DNA from: Myxococcota bacterium | Lineage (GTDB): Bacteria > Myxococcota_A > SURF-8 | Assembly (NCBI GenBank): GCA_965140415.1 | Contig: OZ223209.1 | Span: 4,360,986-4,424,985 of the forward strand | Direction of reading: 5' to 3' | Length of the DNA stretch: 64,000 nucleotides | Shown here: positions 36,133 through 46,400 of the stretch, one piece after another | How the letters are laid out: every line of letters begins with the position of its first letter | How positions within the stretch are numbered: position 1 is the first letter of the stretch | The notes under the pieces: model-generated | What the model saw: only the letters and a program-made list of their open reading frames with translations | Databases searched by the model: none | What the model was told of the DNA's origin: nothing | Translations under genes and position numbers: made by a program

Positions 36133-37416
36133 TTACAGCTTGGCTCCGGCGCTGAAAGCACGCAGGGGAGCGGTCGCCTTTTTAATCCAGCGTGGCGTTT
36201 TGCTTTTTGTCGCTTCCGGTTCCGGAATCGGCAGTGCGATCGTATAGCAATCATCCTGTACGGAAGGCAGCGAGTTGACGAAAGCGGCCAGGTCGGTATT
36301 GCGTTTGTTGCTGCGACCTTCGTAGGTTTGCAAACGTTCTTGTACGATCTCGAAAGCGACGCTGAAACCATGCGTCATGTTGCCTTTGAGCATGCTTTTA
36401 TTGTGCCACAAGTTGTACGCAACGATGCGCAAGGCTTCGCTGTAAAGCGAGAGCCAGGAACTGCCGTGGCCTTCGTGACGAATGTAGGCGGCCTGTGGTT
36501 GTCCCTGCTGCAACAATTGCAGAAAACGTTGGGCCGGGTCGTAGGGCTCGTGGGAGCGATATTGAACGACGGTCACCACGCGATCCAGATTGCGCAGGTG
36601 AGCGTCGGAGCCTGCCAGCGCGATTTGAGGTTTGCCGTTGGCGGATTCGAGCAGATCGAGATACGCCAGCGCCTGGGCTTTTCCCTGGCAATGTTCGCGT
36701 ACCTGTTTCGAATTTTTACAGGCGGTATTATGAAAAGCAACCCATTTCGCCAAATAAGGATAAGTCGAATCCGGGAAACCGCCGTTTAGCACTTCGACCG
36801 CGCGTGCGTTGACCAGCAGTTTCTGAAGCTGCTCGAAGGTCAAATCGTTTCCATCCATGGGATGCGGAACGGCGTAGGCGTAGCCGTGCGATTCCACGAA
36901 TTCAAGCACGAGTTCAAAAAGCGCTTCCGGCGCTTCGTCCGGGGCGCAGGCATCGTACAAGAATTCCAGATCCTGCTGAACCAGGCCGTAATGCTGCCGG
37001 TTTTCCGTTTGGCGCAATTGCGGCGGTCCGTAAACAATAATCTCCGGTGCGCGCAGCCAACTGCCGTCCTCGCCCTTGACGACGCAGCTTATTTCCGCGC
37101 CGACAATGACACTGCTGTATGTCTCGGCCAGTCGCAGATTGGAAGGATGCAGCACGTGAGCGCGTTTGGACATGTGATCGGTGATGCACATCACGTCGAT
37201 ATCCGACTCATGCCCGGAAGCGAATTTCTCCAGCATATGGAAGGAAATCAGCGCCTCTTTCCAGTAAAGGTCGTCGGCCCGTTCCTCTCCGACCAGGCGA
37301 CAGATGCCGTCGCGCACGTATGGATATAGCGGGCTGGCGGGTCCGTCGGAAGCCTGGCTATGCAGGTGTGTGATAAGCCGGTGTGTCTGTTTGTTTGGTT
37401 CGTGGTGTTTGATCAT
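36133..37416 (-). CDS. PHP-domain (polymerase/histidinol-phosphatase-like) metal-dependent phosphoesterase
   Basis: THLHSQASDG near the N-terminus, ITDH, and GSDAH later are typical PHP metal-ligand motifs. The C-terminal ~130 aa are unassigned. Confidence 0.65.
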   Translation of the reverse strand: MIKHHEPNKQTHRLITHLHSQASDGPASPLYPYVRDGICRLVGEERADDLYWKEALISFHMLEKFASGHESDIDVMCITDHMSKRAHVLHPSNLRLAETYSSVIVGAEISCVVKGEDGSWLRAPEIIVYGPPQLRQTENRQHYGLVQQDLEFLYDACAPDEAPEALFELVLEFVESHGYAYAVPHPMDGNDLTFEQLQKLLVNARAVEVLNGGFPDSTYPYLAKWVAFHNTACKNSKQVREHCQGKAQALAYLDLLESANGKPQIALAGSDAHLRNLDRVVTVVQYRSHEPYDPAQRFLQLLQQGQPQAAYIRHEGHGSSWLSLYSEALRIVAYNLWHNKSMLKGNMTHGFSVAFEIVQERLQTYEGRSNKRNTDLAAFVNSLPSVQDDCYTIALPIPEPEATKSKTPRWIKKATAPLRAFSAGAKL

Positions 37417-37814
37417 GTCCCAACTGACTGTATGTATTCGTTTGGCGTTCGTACAGCTACGGAGTCCGAAGCTACTTCGTCAAATGCCAACATGTGAAAG
37501 ATAATGCTGCCACGGCGCCGTATCGGAAGCCATGACGAGAACTTTTTGAAAGTGTGATACACGTCGCAAGCAATTTAGGCTCGCGCGAAAGTATGAACGA
37601 TTCTGCTTTGTTCGAACGGGAAGGAAATGGTTGATCTCCTTGTTGAATGCAGGTAAACCTCCCCGCTGAATCCAGAATATTTTAACTATCGGAATGCAAA
37701 AAGTCAAGGCAAATGCACTGGTTGGTGTAAATCGAAGCAGTAGCTAAGGGGCTGGCCCTCCGTTGGAGCAGTGGCTCCAGTCCTGCTCCTAGTGCTTGTC
37801 TTGGGCAAGCCCCC

Positions 37815-37849
37815 AAAACCAAAAACGGCGCAGAGAGTGACTCTGCGCC
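37815..37849 (-). terminator. Rho-independent terminator downstream of plsC
   Basis: On the minus strand, GGCGCAGAG-tcact-CTCTGCGCC is followed by GTTTTTGGTTTT. Confidence 0.7.
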
Positions 37850-37871
37850 GGGAATTCAAACTGTGTGTGTA

Positions 37872-38672
37872 CTACGCTGCGGGCAGCGGTTTTTGATCGC
37901 GGGGCAGACGTTCGCGGAACAGTTCCCAGACTTCCATGATTTTCTCGTCCATGTTTTCCAGGGTCCAGTCGCTGGTGTCGATGGGAGGCAGCACTTCCAT
38001 CGTAACCGGAACGGGTTTGACCATCAACGAGCCGGGTTTCCAGCAATGATGCGCGCCGCTGACGACGAAGGGAATAATCGGCAGGCCGGTTTGAACGGCC
38101 ATGTGAGCGAAGCCCTTTTTAAAGGCTTTCAGGCGACCGTCGCGCGAGCGGGTGCCTTCCGGCCAGATAAAGGCGCTAAGCCCGTTTTCCTCCATATATT
38201 CGCTCATTTCACGCATGCTGTTTTTGGCTTTATCCGTATTGCTGCGATCGATGACCAGATGGCCGGAGAGCGCGTAAACCTGTCCGAAAAAGGGAATACG
38301 CAGGATTTCTTTTTTCGCGACGCCGCTGGTGCCGGGAGGCGTGCGGCTCATGGCGAGAAAAAGGTCGAGCACGGAAGTATGATTCGAGATGTAGATGCCG
38401 GGGGTTTTCTTTTTCAATTGTTCTTTGTTGATGATTTTCAGCTTGCAGCCGGAGATGGTCACCATGCCGCGCCCGGCGAAATTTCCGAAGCGGCTGGTGG
38501 CGCGCAGTCGCAGCAGGCGGCTGGGCAAAATCAGCAATAACAACATGAAATGAAGCGTAAAGGTCACCGCCATAAACGAAAAGCCAACAACGGCCTTTAA
38601 TAGGCTGATCAGGCGCTGCCAAGTTTTAATCAGGATATTTGGGTTTGCAATCGTAATGCCGAGATCGCTCAT
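37872..38672 (-). CDS. plsC: 1-acyl-sn-glycerol-3-phosphate acyltransferase
   Basis: Acyltransferase motifs NHTSVLD, FIWPEGTRS and the IPFV block. Internal ATG 38672 is preceded by GGGAGGAAG. Confidence 0.85.
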   Translation of the reverse strand: MSDLGITIANPNILIKTWQRLISLLKAVVGFSFMAVTFTLHFMLLLLILPSRLLRLRATSRFGNFAGRGMVTISGCKLKIINKEQLKKKTPGIYISNHTSVLDLFLAMSRTPPGTSGVAKKEILRIPFFGQVYALSGHLVIDRSNTDKAKNSMREMSEYMEENGLSAFIWPEGTRSRDGRLKAFKKGFAHMAVQTGLPIIPFVVSGAHHCWKPGSLMVKPVPVTMEVLPPIDTSDWTLENMDEKIMEVWELFRERLPRDQKPLPAA

Positions 38673-38810
38673 AATCTTGCTTCCTCCCGTTTGCGCCATG
38701 TTGCAGCACAGGGCAATTTCGTTGACACTCGCCAGGCATCATAGCGCATCTTGGAAAGGCGCATTGTAAAAGTAATGTAAAAATAGGAAATATGGGATGA
38801 AAGAGAAGTG

Positions 38811-38985
38811 ATTACAATGAGATAAAGATTCAGGGCATGTCGGGCAGATGTCTTGCCCAACATGAATTTGAAAAGGTCGGGGTAAGAAATTCTCGACGAT
38901 TACAATGAAAGATTCAGGATCGGTCGGGAAAAAATCTTGTCCGATGGAAATTGGGAAATGTCGGGGTAAAAATTGCCCCGACTTC
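38811..38985. repeat. Two diverged tandem copies of an ~88-bp unit, each carrying GTCGGG-type hairpins
   Basis: Both units start ATTACAATGA (38811 and 38899) and align by eye over most of their length. The embedded hairpins are at 38836-38864 (10 of 11 bp) and 38960-38982 (GTCGGGG...CCCCGAC). Confidence 0.65.
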
Positions 38986-39018
38986 CTTCCACGGGAATTG
39001 AAGGTTTCAGCCATCTTT

Positions 39019-40440
39019 TCAGCGGCGTCTTCCTTTTCCTTTTTCCTTCTGCTTCGGTTCGGCCTGTGTCTTCACTTCTTCAACCGTTTGTTGGTCAGGA
39101 TATGTGACTTCATCATACCTGTAGACAGACCATGCTCCACTTTTCCAGTAGCAATCCACACCATCCCGCTTTTCTCCTTTTTGTACTTTAAAATTTATTG
39201 GGATTCTGTATGTCGTGCCTTCGGGTTTGGTTTCCGCGCCAAACCCGGAAACGGAAAACGTGCCTATACTATTGTAACGGTTATTATACTCATTATCCAA
39301 ATAATAATAAGTCCCCGAAATTTCATTCGGACGAACATTGCCGAGATCCGTCGAGGAAAATTCAAGCAAAAGCCGTATGGACTTCTTGTCCGTCGATGAC
39401 GAATTCTTTTCCACCAACATCAGGCTCGGGATTTGCAGGATTTCCGGGGAAAGGGACAACAATGAGTAGCGGGCTTCTTTGCCTTTTTCTGTCTCGCCGC
39501 TGACCTTCTTTTCCTCTCCGGGCAGCAGAGTCAGAAAATAGGTTTGCCACACTTCGATCTGGAGGAGCATTTGAACTGCGACCTTGCCGTTATTCTTGAT
39601 GATGAGATCATATGGATTGGAAAAGGCCGGGCTGAATTTCTTTGTGTAGGAAACTTTCAAGGGCACCGACTTTTTCAGCCGGGCATCCACTTCTTCCATC
39701 CACGGCTTCAGATACGCGTTCAGGCTTTTATTAATTGGTGAATGCGGATGCGATTTCATCAATTCCGCCGCCGCCTTGGGATCGCGGCTTTTAACAACAT
39801 CGGCATAGGCTTTCGCGAGATCCGCCGGAACTACAAACAGATCGACCAGCGTTTTTTTTGTGTCGATTTCCGGCTTTTTCGGACATGCAAAGCTGCGCTT
39901 GCATTGTTTGCCTCGTCCCGAATACTTAGGTTTCTGACTGCATCCTGTGCCCTTGACATTGATCGCTTTTACGAACTTCTTTCCCGGCTGAATAAAAGTC
40001 ACCTCGTAAATAGTGGTGGTTTTCCCTTTCGGCATCTTGTGTTCCAGAAACGCCAAGGGATATTTCGTTGTATTGATTATCGTCTGTGTGTGTTTAAAAG
40101 CCGTGTAGAAAGTGGGAGGGACACCGGAACCGCAGATTTGAAGAGCTTTCGCACTCTCTTCCATCATCCAGGTTACGTGAAATTTTTTACTGCCTGCCGG
40201 TGCAAGCTTGTTGGTGATCTTGATTTCTCCCGGTAGAACGTCCTTCATCAAGCGATAGGCTTCGCCAGCATCTTTCTCGGTCGGATTCGCTTCGATAAAC
40301 GTCATATAGGCGTCCACGGTATTTTCGCGTGTTACATCTTCGAAACTCATCGGAGCCTGCTCATCCTGACTCCAGGCAAACGATAAAAAGGAGAACATCG
40401 CAACACTCGCTATTACGGCTACCCTGTTCATGAATCGCAT
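39019..40440 (-). CDS. Secreted hypothetical protein (Lys-rich, visibly AT-richer gene)
   Basis: The signal peptide is MRFMNRVAVIASVAMFSFLSFAWSQ. I recognise no family. Confidence 0.6.
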   Translation of the reverse strand: MRFMNRVAVIASVAMFSFLSFAWSQDEQAPMSFEDVTRENTVDAYMTFIEANPTEKDAGEAYRLMKDVLPGEIKITNKLAPAGSKKFHVTWMMEESAKALQICGSGVPPTFYTAFKHTQTIINTTKYPLAFLEHKMPKGKTTTIYEVTFIQPGKKFVKAINVKGTGCSQKPKYSGRGKQCKRSFACPKKPEIDTKKTLVDLFVVPADLAKAYADVVKSRDPKAAAELMKSHPHSPINKSLNAYLKPWMEEVDARLKKSVPLKVSYTKKFSPAFSNPYDLIIKNNGKVAVQMLLQIEVWQTYFLTLLPGEEKKVSGETEKGKEARYSLLSLSPEILQIPSLMLVEKNSSSTDKKSIRLLLEFSSTDLGNVRPNEISGTYYYLDNEYNNRYNSIGTFSVSGFGAETKPEGTTYRIPINFKVQKGEKRDGVDCYWKSGAWSVYRYDEVTYPDQQTVEEVKTQAEPKQKEKGKGRRR

Positions 40441-40876
40441 AGTTGCACCCTTTCATGAGAAAGAAATTCAGAAAATCGATACTAAACGGAATGCAGCCAA
40501 TCTATGCTTTTTCAACAGGTTGTCAATCAAAATATTCGAAGAGACAGATAGAAGGCTGATTTGAAGTCGGATATTGCCCGACGCTGCGGCAGATGGCCTT
40601 TTTGGACGCTAACCGACCGGTAAACGTACACTAAATGACCGCTAGATGAACGTAAACGCGCAGTGCTCCAAACGCCGATGCTGCCTGCTGTTATCTCGTA
40701 CTGCGATGCACTCCGACGCGCTGCCTCATGCGGCGTGAAAGTGCACTGTCATGCACCGGTCATTTAGTGCTTGTTTGGTGTTGGTTTCCCGGTCAAACAG
40801 GTGCTTTTGCGTACCGACTCGGACAGGGGATTCCATCGGGCTTGCATCGTTGAAAAAATAGCGATTGAGATAGCCG

Positions 40877-40912
40877 AAAAAAGCGACGGGCGTCATCGAG
40901 ACGCCCGTCGCT
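40877..40912 (-). terminator. Rho-independent terminator downstream of the flavodoxin-like gene
   Basis: On the minus strand, AGCGACGGGCGTC-tcgat-GACGCCCGTCGCT is followed by TTTTTT. Confidence 0.8.
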
Positions 40913-40934
40913 CACAAGTCAAATGATAGCGGTT

Positions 40935-41414
40935 TTACCCGGCCAGCTTTTTCGTCAGGGTCGCCGTCTGTTCGCCGTAACGTTGACATTCGCGCAGGCC
41001 GGCGTCGTCGGGAGCGTGAACGGCCACCGGGCCGTAATGACTGCCTGCTTGCAAGCCTTGAACCACCATGCCATGTACCAATAGGCCGCTTAAAATGCCC
41101 ATGATCGTCGTTTCGTTGCCGCCCGCCGGACCGCCGGAAGACGTGAATGCGCCGCCCACTTTGCCGTTTAAGCGCCCGAAAACTTTGATGCTTCGATCGA
41201 TCAGATCTTTGACTTCGGCGGCCATTTGACCGAAGTAGGTGGGGCTGCCTAAAATAATGCCGTCAGCCTGTTGCAGATCCTCGATGCTGGTATCGGCGAT
41301 GGTTTTCAGTTCGACTTCAACACCGTCTACGCTTTTTGCGCCTTCGGCAATGGCGCGAGCCATTTTTTCCGTATTGCCGGATTTGGTGAAATAACTGATC
41401 AGAATGCGTGTCAT
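40935..41414 (-). CDS. Flavodoxin-like fold NAD(P)H:quinone oxidoreductase (WrbA-related, short form)
   Basis: MTRILISYFTKSGNTEKMARAIAEGAKSVDGVEV..GIILGSPTYFGQMAAEVK parallels the remembered WrbA N-terminus ([29 protein letters not shown]...IFGTPTRFGNMSGQMR). GGAGG lies upstream of ATG 41414. Confidence 0.8.
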   Translation of the reverse strand: MTRILISYFTKSGNTEKMARAIAEGAKSVDGVEVELKTIADTSIEDLQQADGIILGSPTYFGQMAAEVKDLIDRSIKVFGRLNGKVGGAFTSSGGPAGGNETTIMGILSGLLVHGMVVQGLQAGSHYGPVAVHAPDDAGLRECQRYGEQTATLTKKLAG

Positions 41415-41558
41415 AGTTCCTCCAAACAATAATGATGTGCGGTGATAAAACGCGCCACGGACTAGCTAATTGATCAACGGCAGACTACGACAAAGCCGGG
41501 CGAGTGTCCAGGGCGTTTGGTGGCTTAATTCAAAACTTCATGAAACCGGCTTGTGCGA

Positions 41559-41948
41559 CTAGCGGCTCAATGCGTCCTTCGCGAGCTTGATGTCGTCGGC
41601 CTGGATTACGCAGGTGGCGGATTTGCTCTGGTCGTCGCCGACAATGTAAACACCCTCGATATTGACGTGCGCTCGTTGCAATTTTGCAAGAATACGCAGC
41701 AGGCTGCCTGGAGCGTCTTTTACGGTGACGATCAACACGTCCTGCTTGGAATAGGAGGTGTTTTCCTGTTTCAGGATATTCTGAAAGCTTCCGGGATCTT
41801 GCGGTACCAGGCGCATAATGGCGCCGTCTTTCGAGGCGAAAGTGGCAGCGGCAGTCAGGTTCAGGCGCTTGACTTTGTGCAACAGCTTTTTCAGTTCGCC
41901 GGGTTTATTGGTAAGAAAGATACTGAACTGCTTGGCTAGCTTGACCAT
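41559..41948 (-). CDS. ACT-domain protein
   Basis: Two ACT-like units: FSIFLTNKPGELKKLL and VLIVTVKDAPGSLLRILAKL..AHVNIEGVY. Confidence 0.6.
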   Translation of the reverse strand: MVKLAKQFSIFLTNKPGELKKLLHKVKRLNLTAAATFASKDGAIMRLVPQDPGSFQNILKQENTSYSKQDVLIVTVKDAPGSLLRILAKLQRAHVNIEGVYIVGDDQSKSATCVIQADDIKLAKDALSR

Positions 41949-42128
41949 GGGCAAGAATCCTTTTTCCTACAGGTAATTGAAGCTATCAGTATAGCCGAAA
42001 ACCTCTGTTGGGTCGAAATGTTTTCCGTTTCGGCATGTTTAGAAATCACCGATGGGAATAATGCGCCGGGCTTCTTCGTCCATCAGCAAGGGGAGTGAAA
42101 GAACAATTTGGAAACAGGAGAATTTACA

Positions 42129-42416
42129 ATGAAGGTTTCATATAAAATCGATGGACGTGAGCATAGCAGCAAAGATTATTCCGAGCAGCAGTTGCGTAAT
42201 ACCGATTTGATGGATGCGCTGCTCGATGTCTCTTCCAGCAATCTGCAAGAGGCGAAAGTCTATGTATCCATCGAGAATGGCGAGGAAAAACTGGTGGGTA
42301 CCTCCAACGGGCAGAGCCTGTTCGATGTGTTAAACGAAGTCGGTAATGGCGATTTGAAACGGAATTTCGTCGTTGAAATGGTGCCGGACAAGCGCACCTG
42401 TGGTCCGAAATTCTAG
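42129..42416 (+). CDS. Small hypothetical protein (95 aa)
   Basis: AGGAG lies upstream of ATG 42129. I recognise no family. Confidence 0.45.
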   Translation: MKVSYKIDGREHSSKDYSEQQLRNTDLMDALLDVSSSNLQEAKVYVSIENGEEKLVGTSNGQSLFDVLNEVGNGDLKRNFVVEMVPDKRTCGPKF

Positions 42417-42600
42417 AGGAGATATTACTCATTCCTGTCCATCGAGTAATCTGGATGTGCCATGGTCTCACGGAATGGAAATTCCGGGAGGCCGTGTGTA
42501 ACCGTATAGAAACACACAGCCTTCCACGATCTTCGACCGCGTAACACTATGGCACTTTTTCGCCGATTATGCGGCCCATAACGACCATTACCTAGTACAG

Positions 42601-42669
42601 GTCGGCCATATTTCATGCCCGACACAAAGGGAAATCAATATTGTCGGTCAGAAAATATGCCCGACCTAC
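42601..42669. repeat. Two adjacent REP-like hairpin elements
   Basis: 42601-42623 is GTCGGCCAT-atttc-ATGCCCGAC (8 of 9 bp paired). 42635-42669 is the 35-bp element shared with 36062-36096. Confidence 0.65.
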
Positions 42670-42680
42670 TCTGAAATCTC

Positions 42681-43304
42681 TCAAAACTTCAATGCCGGGC
42701 CAAACAATGCGCCGAAGTCCGTGTAGAGTTGACGAATCCAGCGTTGATGCAGCAGCACGTGCGCGGTAAGTCCCACTGTTGAATTGAAATAATGAACGTA
42801 GCCCAGCCGCAGCAACCAGCCAGCCCCGATGCGAGATTCCTGGTAGCCGTCTTTTGCCAAATAGCTCCACGCCACGCCACCGCCCGCGCCAAGATACAAA
42901 CCTTTTACCAGCCGATAACGAACTTCAATCCCAGCCGTATGAAAACTGGAGGTCGCATCTTCCCAGGGATGAAACTTGTTTCCGTAGTTCAGCCAAAGCG
43001 ACCAGTCTTCCCCAAGTCCCAATCCGGCTCCGGCGCTGAAGAGCATTTCGGCGCTTTGAGAATGATTGGAAAACAAGCCGCCCGCACCGAGTTGCGCTTC
43101 CAATAAAACGGTAACGAATCGCGGCTGCGTTTCGGCAGAAGCATCCGAAAGGACTTGTTGCTCCTTTTGCTCGCCCGACTCCGGTCTCCCCGATTGCGCA
43201 TGCAGATCCATCGGCCAGATCAACAAACAGAGCGCCACTAGCAGGCACACGGCCCCAAAGCCGCCAAGATCTTTCAGTTGTTTGAAACAGGCTCTTTGAT
43301 TCAT
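42681..43304 (-). CDS. Small outer-membrane beta-barrel protein
   Basis: Internal ATG 43304; the listed start would run through the RND terminator and gene end. The signal is GGFGAVCLLVALCLLIWPMDLHAQ. It has Gly/aromatic beta-strand patterning and a C-terminal ...GPALKF. Confidence 0.6.
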   Translation of the reverse strand: MNQRACFKQLKDLGGFGAVCLLVALCLLIWPMDLHAQSGRPESGEQKEQQVLSDASAETQPRFVTVLLEAQLGAGGLFSNHSQSAEMLFSAGAGLGLGEDWSLWLNYGNKFHPWEDATSSFHTAGIEVRYRLVKGLYLGAGGGVAWSYLAKDGYQESRIGAGWLLRLGYVHYFNSTVGLTAHVLLHQRWIRQLYTDFGALFGPALKF

Positions 43305-43337
43305 ACAGGCATTGTATCCCGAATATTGCGCATTGGC

Positions 43338-43372
43338 AAAAAAAAGACCGCACAGCGTGAAGCCATGCGGTC
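43338..43372 (-). terminator. Rho-independent terminator downstream of the RND permease gene
   Basis: On the minus strand, GACCGCA-13 nt-TGCGGTC is followed by TTTTTTTT. Confidence 0.65.
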
Positions 43373-43407
43373 CAAGGGAAGACGTGGCAAATCCAAAGGG
43401 GATGGAA

Positions 43408-46400
43408 TCAGGATTCCGCCACATCGGGGGTATTGACAGTTGCTTCCACTTCCGCCGATTCTTTTTTGCCAAGCAGCAGGCGAGCCAGGCGGCTGTGCTC
43501 CAGATCGTCGATCAGCGTGTAGACAACCGGAATCACGACCAGGGTCAACACGGTCGACGCGATCAGACCGCCGATCACCGCCACCGCCATGGGAGCGCGC
43601 ATTTCCGAACCCAGTCCGTTACTTAACGCGACCGGCAACATACCGAAAACCATGGCGCCGGTGGTCATCAAAATCGGACGTAAACGAGTGGGTCCGGCCT
43701 TCAATAAGGCCTCTCTCCGGCTGAATCCATCGCGCCTGCGCAACGTATTGGTGTAGTCGATCAGCAGAATCGCATTTTTCGTCACCAATCCCATGAGCAT
43801 GATAATTCCGATCATGGAAATAATACCTAGCGCCTGCTTGGCCAGCAGCAATCCGGCGAGTGCACCGATCAACGACAACGGCAGCGACAGCATGATGGTA
43901 AACGGTTGCAGGAAACTTTCGAACTGGCTGGCCAGCACCATATACACGATGATGATCGCTAAAAACAGCGCCACCGACATATGCTCGAAGTTTTCCTTCA
44001 TGAACTTGGCTTCGCCTTCCCATTCACGCATCAGATGCTTGGGAACCACTTTTTCCGCCACGGCATTGATTTTCTGTACGGCATCGCCCAATGGCAAAGT
44101 CGTATCCAGGTTTGCCAGCACCGTGATTTCACGCTGGCGCGCACTGCGGTCGATCTGTGTCGGACCGGAGCCGACGTAGATATCGGCGGTATTGGCCAGT
44201 GACACGAGCTGGCCATTGGAAGAGCGGATCTTCAACATGCCCAACTGTTCTTCCCGTTCACGATCGGTTTCCGCCAATTGCACCCGGATTTCGTAGTCCT
44301 CGCCAGAGTCTTTGTATTTGGAGGCTTCGACTCCGGCCACAAACGCACGCAAGGTCTGGCCGACCTGGGCGGTCATCAAACCGAGATTCGCAGCCCGTTC
44401 GCGGTCGATATTGACTTTAAGTTCCGGCTTGCTCGCTTCGAAGGTCGTATCCAGATCGACGACGCCGGGAATGAGCTTGATTTCATCCGCCAGTTCGCGT
44501 GTCACGCGGTCCAGTTCTTCCAGATCCCCACCACGAATGCTAAGCTGAATCGGCGCACTTCTAAACCCACCGGAAGAAGCAAAGGCATCGACATCTTCAA
44601 CGGTGATGGTGGCTTCCTCGGAACTGGTCAATTCAGCGCGAAGAAGTTCGATAAACTTGCCCTGCGAAATATCGCGCTCACCCTTACCGCACAGCTTCAC
44701 GTAGATCTGCGCAACGTTCTTCTTTTTCTGAGCATCGGAACCGACTGTTGTGACCGTACTTACCACCACATCACGGTGAGCGCGAACTTTTTCCGCCAAT
44801 TCGGAAGCCATCCGTTCGGTATGTTCGATGGTGGAACCCGTGGGCAATGTCAATACGACATTGATTTCACCCATATCCGCCCTCGTTTTCATTTCCGTAC
44901 TGATGAACGTTCCCATGTACAGAGAAAGGATAAAAATGGAGATGGCGGCAATTACCGTAGTCTTGCGATAGTTCAGCGCCAAACTGATGACCGAGCGATA
45001 ACCGGAGTCGATCCAGTTAAGGAATCGTTCGATGGCATCGTATACCTTATTCTGGCCCCCCTTCTTCAAGAAGCGGGAACTGAGCATGGGCGTTAGCGTG
45101 AATGAGACGAACAGTGACAGCAACACGGCGACCGTAACCGTCAATCCGAACTGATACATAAATCGTCCGATGATACCACCCATAAAGGCCACCGGCACGA
45201 ACACCGCGACAATGGATAAGGTAGTTGCAAGAACCGCCAGCCCGATTTCGTCGGTCGCAAAAGCAGCCGCTTCACGCGCTGACATGCCCTCTTCCATGTG
45301 CCGGTAGATATTCTCCAGCACAACGATGGCGTCATCGATCAAAATACCGATGGAGATGGAAAGCGCCAGCATCGTCAAGGTGTTGAAGGTGAAATCCATC
45401 ACGTAGATAAAGGTGAATGTTCCGATAACCGAGGTCGGAATGGCAAGCGCGCTGATAATCGTGCTGCGTCCGTTTCGCAGGAAGAAGAAGATGATCACCA
45501 CGGCCAGAAACGCGCCGAAAATCATATCGAACTGCACGTGCTCGATGGACGTCTGAATAAAGGGCGTACTGTCCGCTGCGATGATTACCCGCCAGCCATC
45601 CGGGAAAGCGGGTTGCAATTCGGCCAGGCGCTCTTTCAGTTTTTCCGCGACAGCAACGGTATTCGTACCCGACTGCTTGAGCACTTTCAAAGTAACGGCG
45701 CGCGTTCCATCCAGTTTGGCGGCGGATTCACGCTCTTCCAGACCATCTTCCACCGTGGCGATATCCGCGATCCGAATACGCCTTCCCTGCTGCTCAACAA
45801 CAGTCAGGTTGCGGATTTCGTCCAGATTCTGAAACTCGCCATCTATTTTCAGTACGAATTCGGTGTCACCGGCAGTAACCCGTCCGCCAGGAATACTCAG
45901 ATTGCTGGCAGCCAATACCTGCACGATATCCGTAACCGCCAGGTTCCTCGCTTCCAGTTTACGGGGATCGACCCAGACTTTGATTTCGCGTTCCTGTCCA
46001 CCGATGATGTCGATACTACCGACACCTTGAATTTGCTGGATCTGCTCTTTGATTCGCTTACGGGCGAATTCCGTAACTTCGCTGATCGTTCCGGGTCCAC
46101 TGACCGCAAGGGTCATTACCGGGATGGCGTCCATGTCGAATTTTTCGACTTTGGGAGATTCGATTTCCGCAGGCAGATCCGGCAGAATACGTGAAATCTT
46201 ATCCCGAACATCCTGAATGGCCTGTTCGGCATTGACTTCCATTTCGAACATGATGATTACCTGGGAAACGTTCTCCGCGCTGATGGAGCGCAGCGAACGA
46301 ATACCGTTGATGGTGCTCACCGCTTCTTCGAGTTTTTCGCTGATCTCGGTTTCCACAGTCTCCGGGTCGGCGCCGGGATAGATCGTTAATATCGTGGCAA

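Noticed and set aside
36109-38540. Plus-strand ORFs 36109..36789, 36862..37329 and 37863..38540
   Set aside because: They are antisense shadows of the PHP-domain and plsC genes. They have no motifs and no ribosome-binding sites.
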